From: Verrucomicrobiota bacterium
GTDB lineage: Bacteria > Verrucomicrobiota > Lentisphaeria > Lentisphaerales > Lentisphaeraceae
Direction of reading: 5' to 3'
Length of the DNA stretch: 64,000 bases
Assembly: GCA_039798785.1 (NCBI GenBank)
Contig: JBDKFG010000070.1
Span: 10,338 to 74,337, forward strand
Every line of letters begins with the position of its first letter. The first letter of the stretch is position 1. A model generated the notes under the pieces. That model searched no databases. It had not been told where the DNA came from and saw only the letters and a list, made by a program, of their open reading frames with translations. Shown here piece after piece: positions 62,601 to 64,000 of the stretch. Position numbers and translations under genes: made by a program.

Positions 62601-63369
62601 CGACCTGGTGATCTCGATCACCGGCGACGGCGGCTTCATGCAGGGCATCCGCTCGATCGAAGACTCGCTCCACCAGGGCGACCCGGTGCTCCATATCGTC
62701 GTCGTCAACCAGGCCCTCGGCAACACCGGCGGCCAGGCTACCGCCACCACCATGATGGGCGAACGCACCAAGGAAGGCCACGAAGCCAAGAACCAGCCGG
62801 TCAACCTGCTCAAATACGCCGAGAAATACTGCGTCGACGCCGCCCAGGCCTCCACCGTCCACCTCGCCGACCTCTACAAGAAGATCGAAGTCGCGCACGA
62901 CACCGTGCACCGCCGCCGCCGCCCCTTCATGCTCCTGCTCAACTTCTCCTGCCTCGAACAAGGCATGAACCTGGCCTACTCGATGATCGCCCAGAAACGC
63001 GCCCTCGACGGCCACTTCTTCACCCTCTACTCCCTCTACTGGGAGCCGATCCGCAACATGAAGGGCAACATCGTCGGCTACCGGAAGAAGCACACCATCG
63101 ACTGGTTCCCCTGGACCTTCGGCCGCAACGCTTGGAAAGACAAGCTGAAATCCTACTTCAGCACCATCAAGATCGGCGAGGACATCATCAAGGACGAAGA
63201 AAAGCTCGACCGCGTCTACTGGCACCTCCGCGGCGAATGGGAGCAGCACCGCTCCGACATGGGCGAGTGGCGCTACTGGTTCCACTTCCTCAAGAGCTTC
63301 TTCAGCCCCCACCGCGCCACCATGGCCCGCCTCATCCGCAAGTCGCCGCCACCCCAGGCAGATCGCTGA
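59632..63369 (+). CDS. Single-chain 2-oxoacid:ferredoxin oxidoreductase, domain order delta-alpha-gamma-beta
   Basis: Two CxxCxxCxxxCP at the N-terminus; 'FPITP', 'SEE', 'TRAL', 'YRPFP', 'GLGGR'; 'GRGGQG...YGA.QRGG'; 'ACPGCG...GC...FE...GDG...NTGGQ...C'. Confidence 0.9.
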   Translation: MSMARAEQNTVASMEFIERSAIAETTAMVFGDKLRPLEDVPHFEKAGITVRGGTASGRVWDDKSFIPITINTMCIDCLHCVVACPHSAIGHEVGDRGVGALESAFVKLTAKIPGWPVDTSALEKDVRKGVTNYTHCKGCFVCATACPTGAIRFVPQDQVLEAFDGRKIDPSEAASIYRAPEAGRAAQAEWLVAKAKELDGLGRNQEKISQEQVTNGSDMLGEFIFQARFDHVSIFPITPNSKVMSFVESRVRKPRPGDHTVNYRSTLSEEAGYAYLTGAGVRGERALLAQGSQSLAQIYEFLNINPGLHIPVFLLELTRALNPGTSIKPDHTTTMRTSDTGEIVVFGRSLQQNYDRALVLLKTMESDGVWIPGRLVVKGFVETHTLATERQNKVTLLSQEKADAFLGRPKNPYVFDGQAKTVGVLDFDGRYMEQRVAGDRSLNNAHKAWDAAARSFAEISGRAAPAKVQRYPSSGDIDLAIVALDDPELQSAELVADELRKQGIKAGVVSICLYRPFPANELNAALEGVKAVTVLEFDNWGGRSGGGVLAQEVRGALYQGGCRAPVTACTAGLGGRAISISYFVAMYRVLADLAAGPQSPAAQWLATQSSGSAYILGARGVAAPPSGQTFDIPMLEAGVRYVTIVGRGGQGLMLLNSVLVGLLARDGRCANSMAAYGALQRGGGISLSLKVADKPVRDASDIIIADTIVSFNADRSLDAMLPQLIQGGTLIVDCDLAQEARLREIRPDARIVALPARALARTLVGNPERINLVFLGALVGELGISSPARLLSLIESLKSDPEAGKAAALLLRPENRLCLLAGQAALDAPQQPVQAITQSATESARRKFVEELLPEAELKALDAGEPALASLRSKRGFLKKLYGKFFNVHPLISKVRAVYASMGSKSPLTAGDMACPGCGQANIFRNIFNRLDHLHRGKGRMLVSEQDGCGTVFTSMNQASTWNIDFIRVAFETAHGVAAGLSRSAVKDSGDLVISITGDGGFMQGIRSIEDSLHQGDPVLHIVVVNQALGNTGGQATATTMMGERTKEGHEAKNQPVNLLKYAEKYCVDAAQASTVHLADLYKKIEVAHDTVHRRRRPFMLLLNFSCLEQGMNLAYSMIAQKRALDGHFFTLYSLYWEPIRNMKGNIVGYRKKHTIDWFPWTFGRNAWKDKLKSYFSTIKIGEDIIKDEEKLDRVYWHLRGEWEQHRSDMGEWRYWFHFLKSFFSPHRATMARLIRKSPPPQADR

Positions 63370-63371
63370 GG

Positions 63372-63821
63372 ATGAGTCAAAACAAGCCCCAGGTTTTCAC
63401 CCTGCAGCCGCGTTCCGGCGTGAAGTTCTGGGGACTTGTTTTGATCATTTTTGTAATCTCCCTCGCCGCTTATTGCTACAAGTGGCCATGGCCCTTGCTG
63501 GTACCGCCGGCAATCCTGCTCTACCCCTTGATTTCCTGCCTCATCCCACGGCGTTTCATCGTCGACCCCTATCAAGGCATGGAATCACGCACCACCCCGC
63601 TTCAACACCTGCTCGGCGGCCCTTTTTACGGCAAGGTGAAGTTCATCGTCCTCTTCCAGCAACGCGGACAGCCACAGGCTTTGTGGATCCTGATTTCTTC
63701 ACGGCGGCGAATCCTGCTTGCCGATGGCCACTCTTTCTCGACCGAACAGATCAGCCTGTTGGCCGAGTTCCTCAGCCGACATACCGGTGCCAAGCTGCGC
63801 CATTGTGAAAAACGGAGATGA
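63372..63821 (+). CDS. Hypothetical membrane protein (2 TM + small soluble domain)
   Basis: ATG 2 bp after the oxidoreductase stop; two hydrophobic segments. Confidence 0.65.
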   Translation: MSQNKPQVFTLQPRSGVKFWGLVLIIFVISLAAYCYKWPWPLLVPPAILLYPLISCLIPRRFIVDPYQGMESRTTPLQHLLGGPFYGKVKFIVLFQQRGQPQALWILISSRRRILLADGHSFSTEQISLLAEFLSRHTGAKLRHCEKRR

Positions 63822-63842
63822 AGCGAAATTTTAGGCGAGATT

Positions 63843-63903
63843 TCGATATCTGTCGTTGTCTATCGATATCACGATGGCTATCGATGAGATTGACAGATAT
63901 CGA
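63843..63903. repeat. 61-bp ATCGAT-rich palindromic element, copy 2
   Basis: TCGATATCTGTC...GACAGATATCGA, colinear with 14892..14952. Confidence 0.88.
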
Positions 63904-64000
63904 AATACCCCCATCTGTCGGCTCAGGTCAAGTGACTGGTGGGCTGATGAATTTCAGTCAGGGCTTAAGATTAAGTTGGTCCTTGAGGTGGATTTGGTCC

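Overview
GC-rich bacterial chromosomal segment, most likely from the PVC superphylum (Lentisphaerota/Verrucomicrobiota-like). This is inferred from the DUF1592-type cytochrome c, DUF1559-type prepilin/H-X9-DG protein, DUF6288-like protein, Cys-type sulfatase, LRV/HEAT proteins and CXXCH-type NrfA. Housekeeping genes include lnt, trxA, serA, rpoN, mnmE, sdhCAB, pheT, recQ, orn and RNA methyltransferases. Other content includes nrfHA, a P1B ATPase, and a Ser/Thr kinase, a pseudokinase and an FHA pseudo-activator. A RAYT transposase sits among six REP hairpins. The most unusual items are: (1) a 1245-aa single-chain 2-oxoacid:ferredoxin oxidoreductase with permuted domain order (delta-alpha-gamma-beta), behind a Cys-motif membrane protein, a NifL-type PAS kinase and a sigma54 response regulator; (2) a cassette-like accessory patch between mnmE and sdhB with a ~177-nt strand-biased hairpin, two unrelated ORFs sharing the same start-region sequence, and several repeat families; (3) 7-/8-mer tandem repeats just after stop codons that place stops in all three frames; (4) a tandem pair of small paralogous helical proteins co-oriented with an LRV-repeat gene; (5) a secreted double zinc-peptidase fusion. 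No rRNA, tRNA or CRISPR array was recognised. All family assignments come from motif recognition by eye, not database searches.
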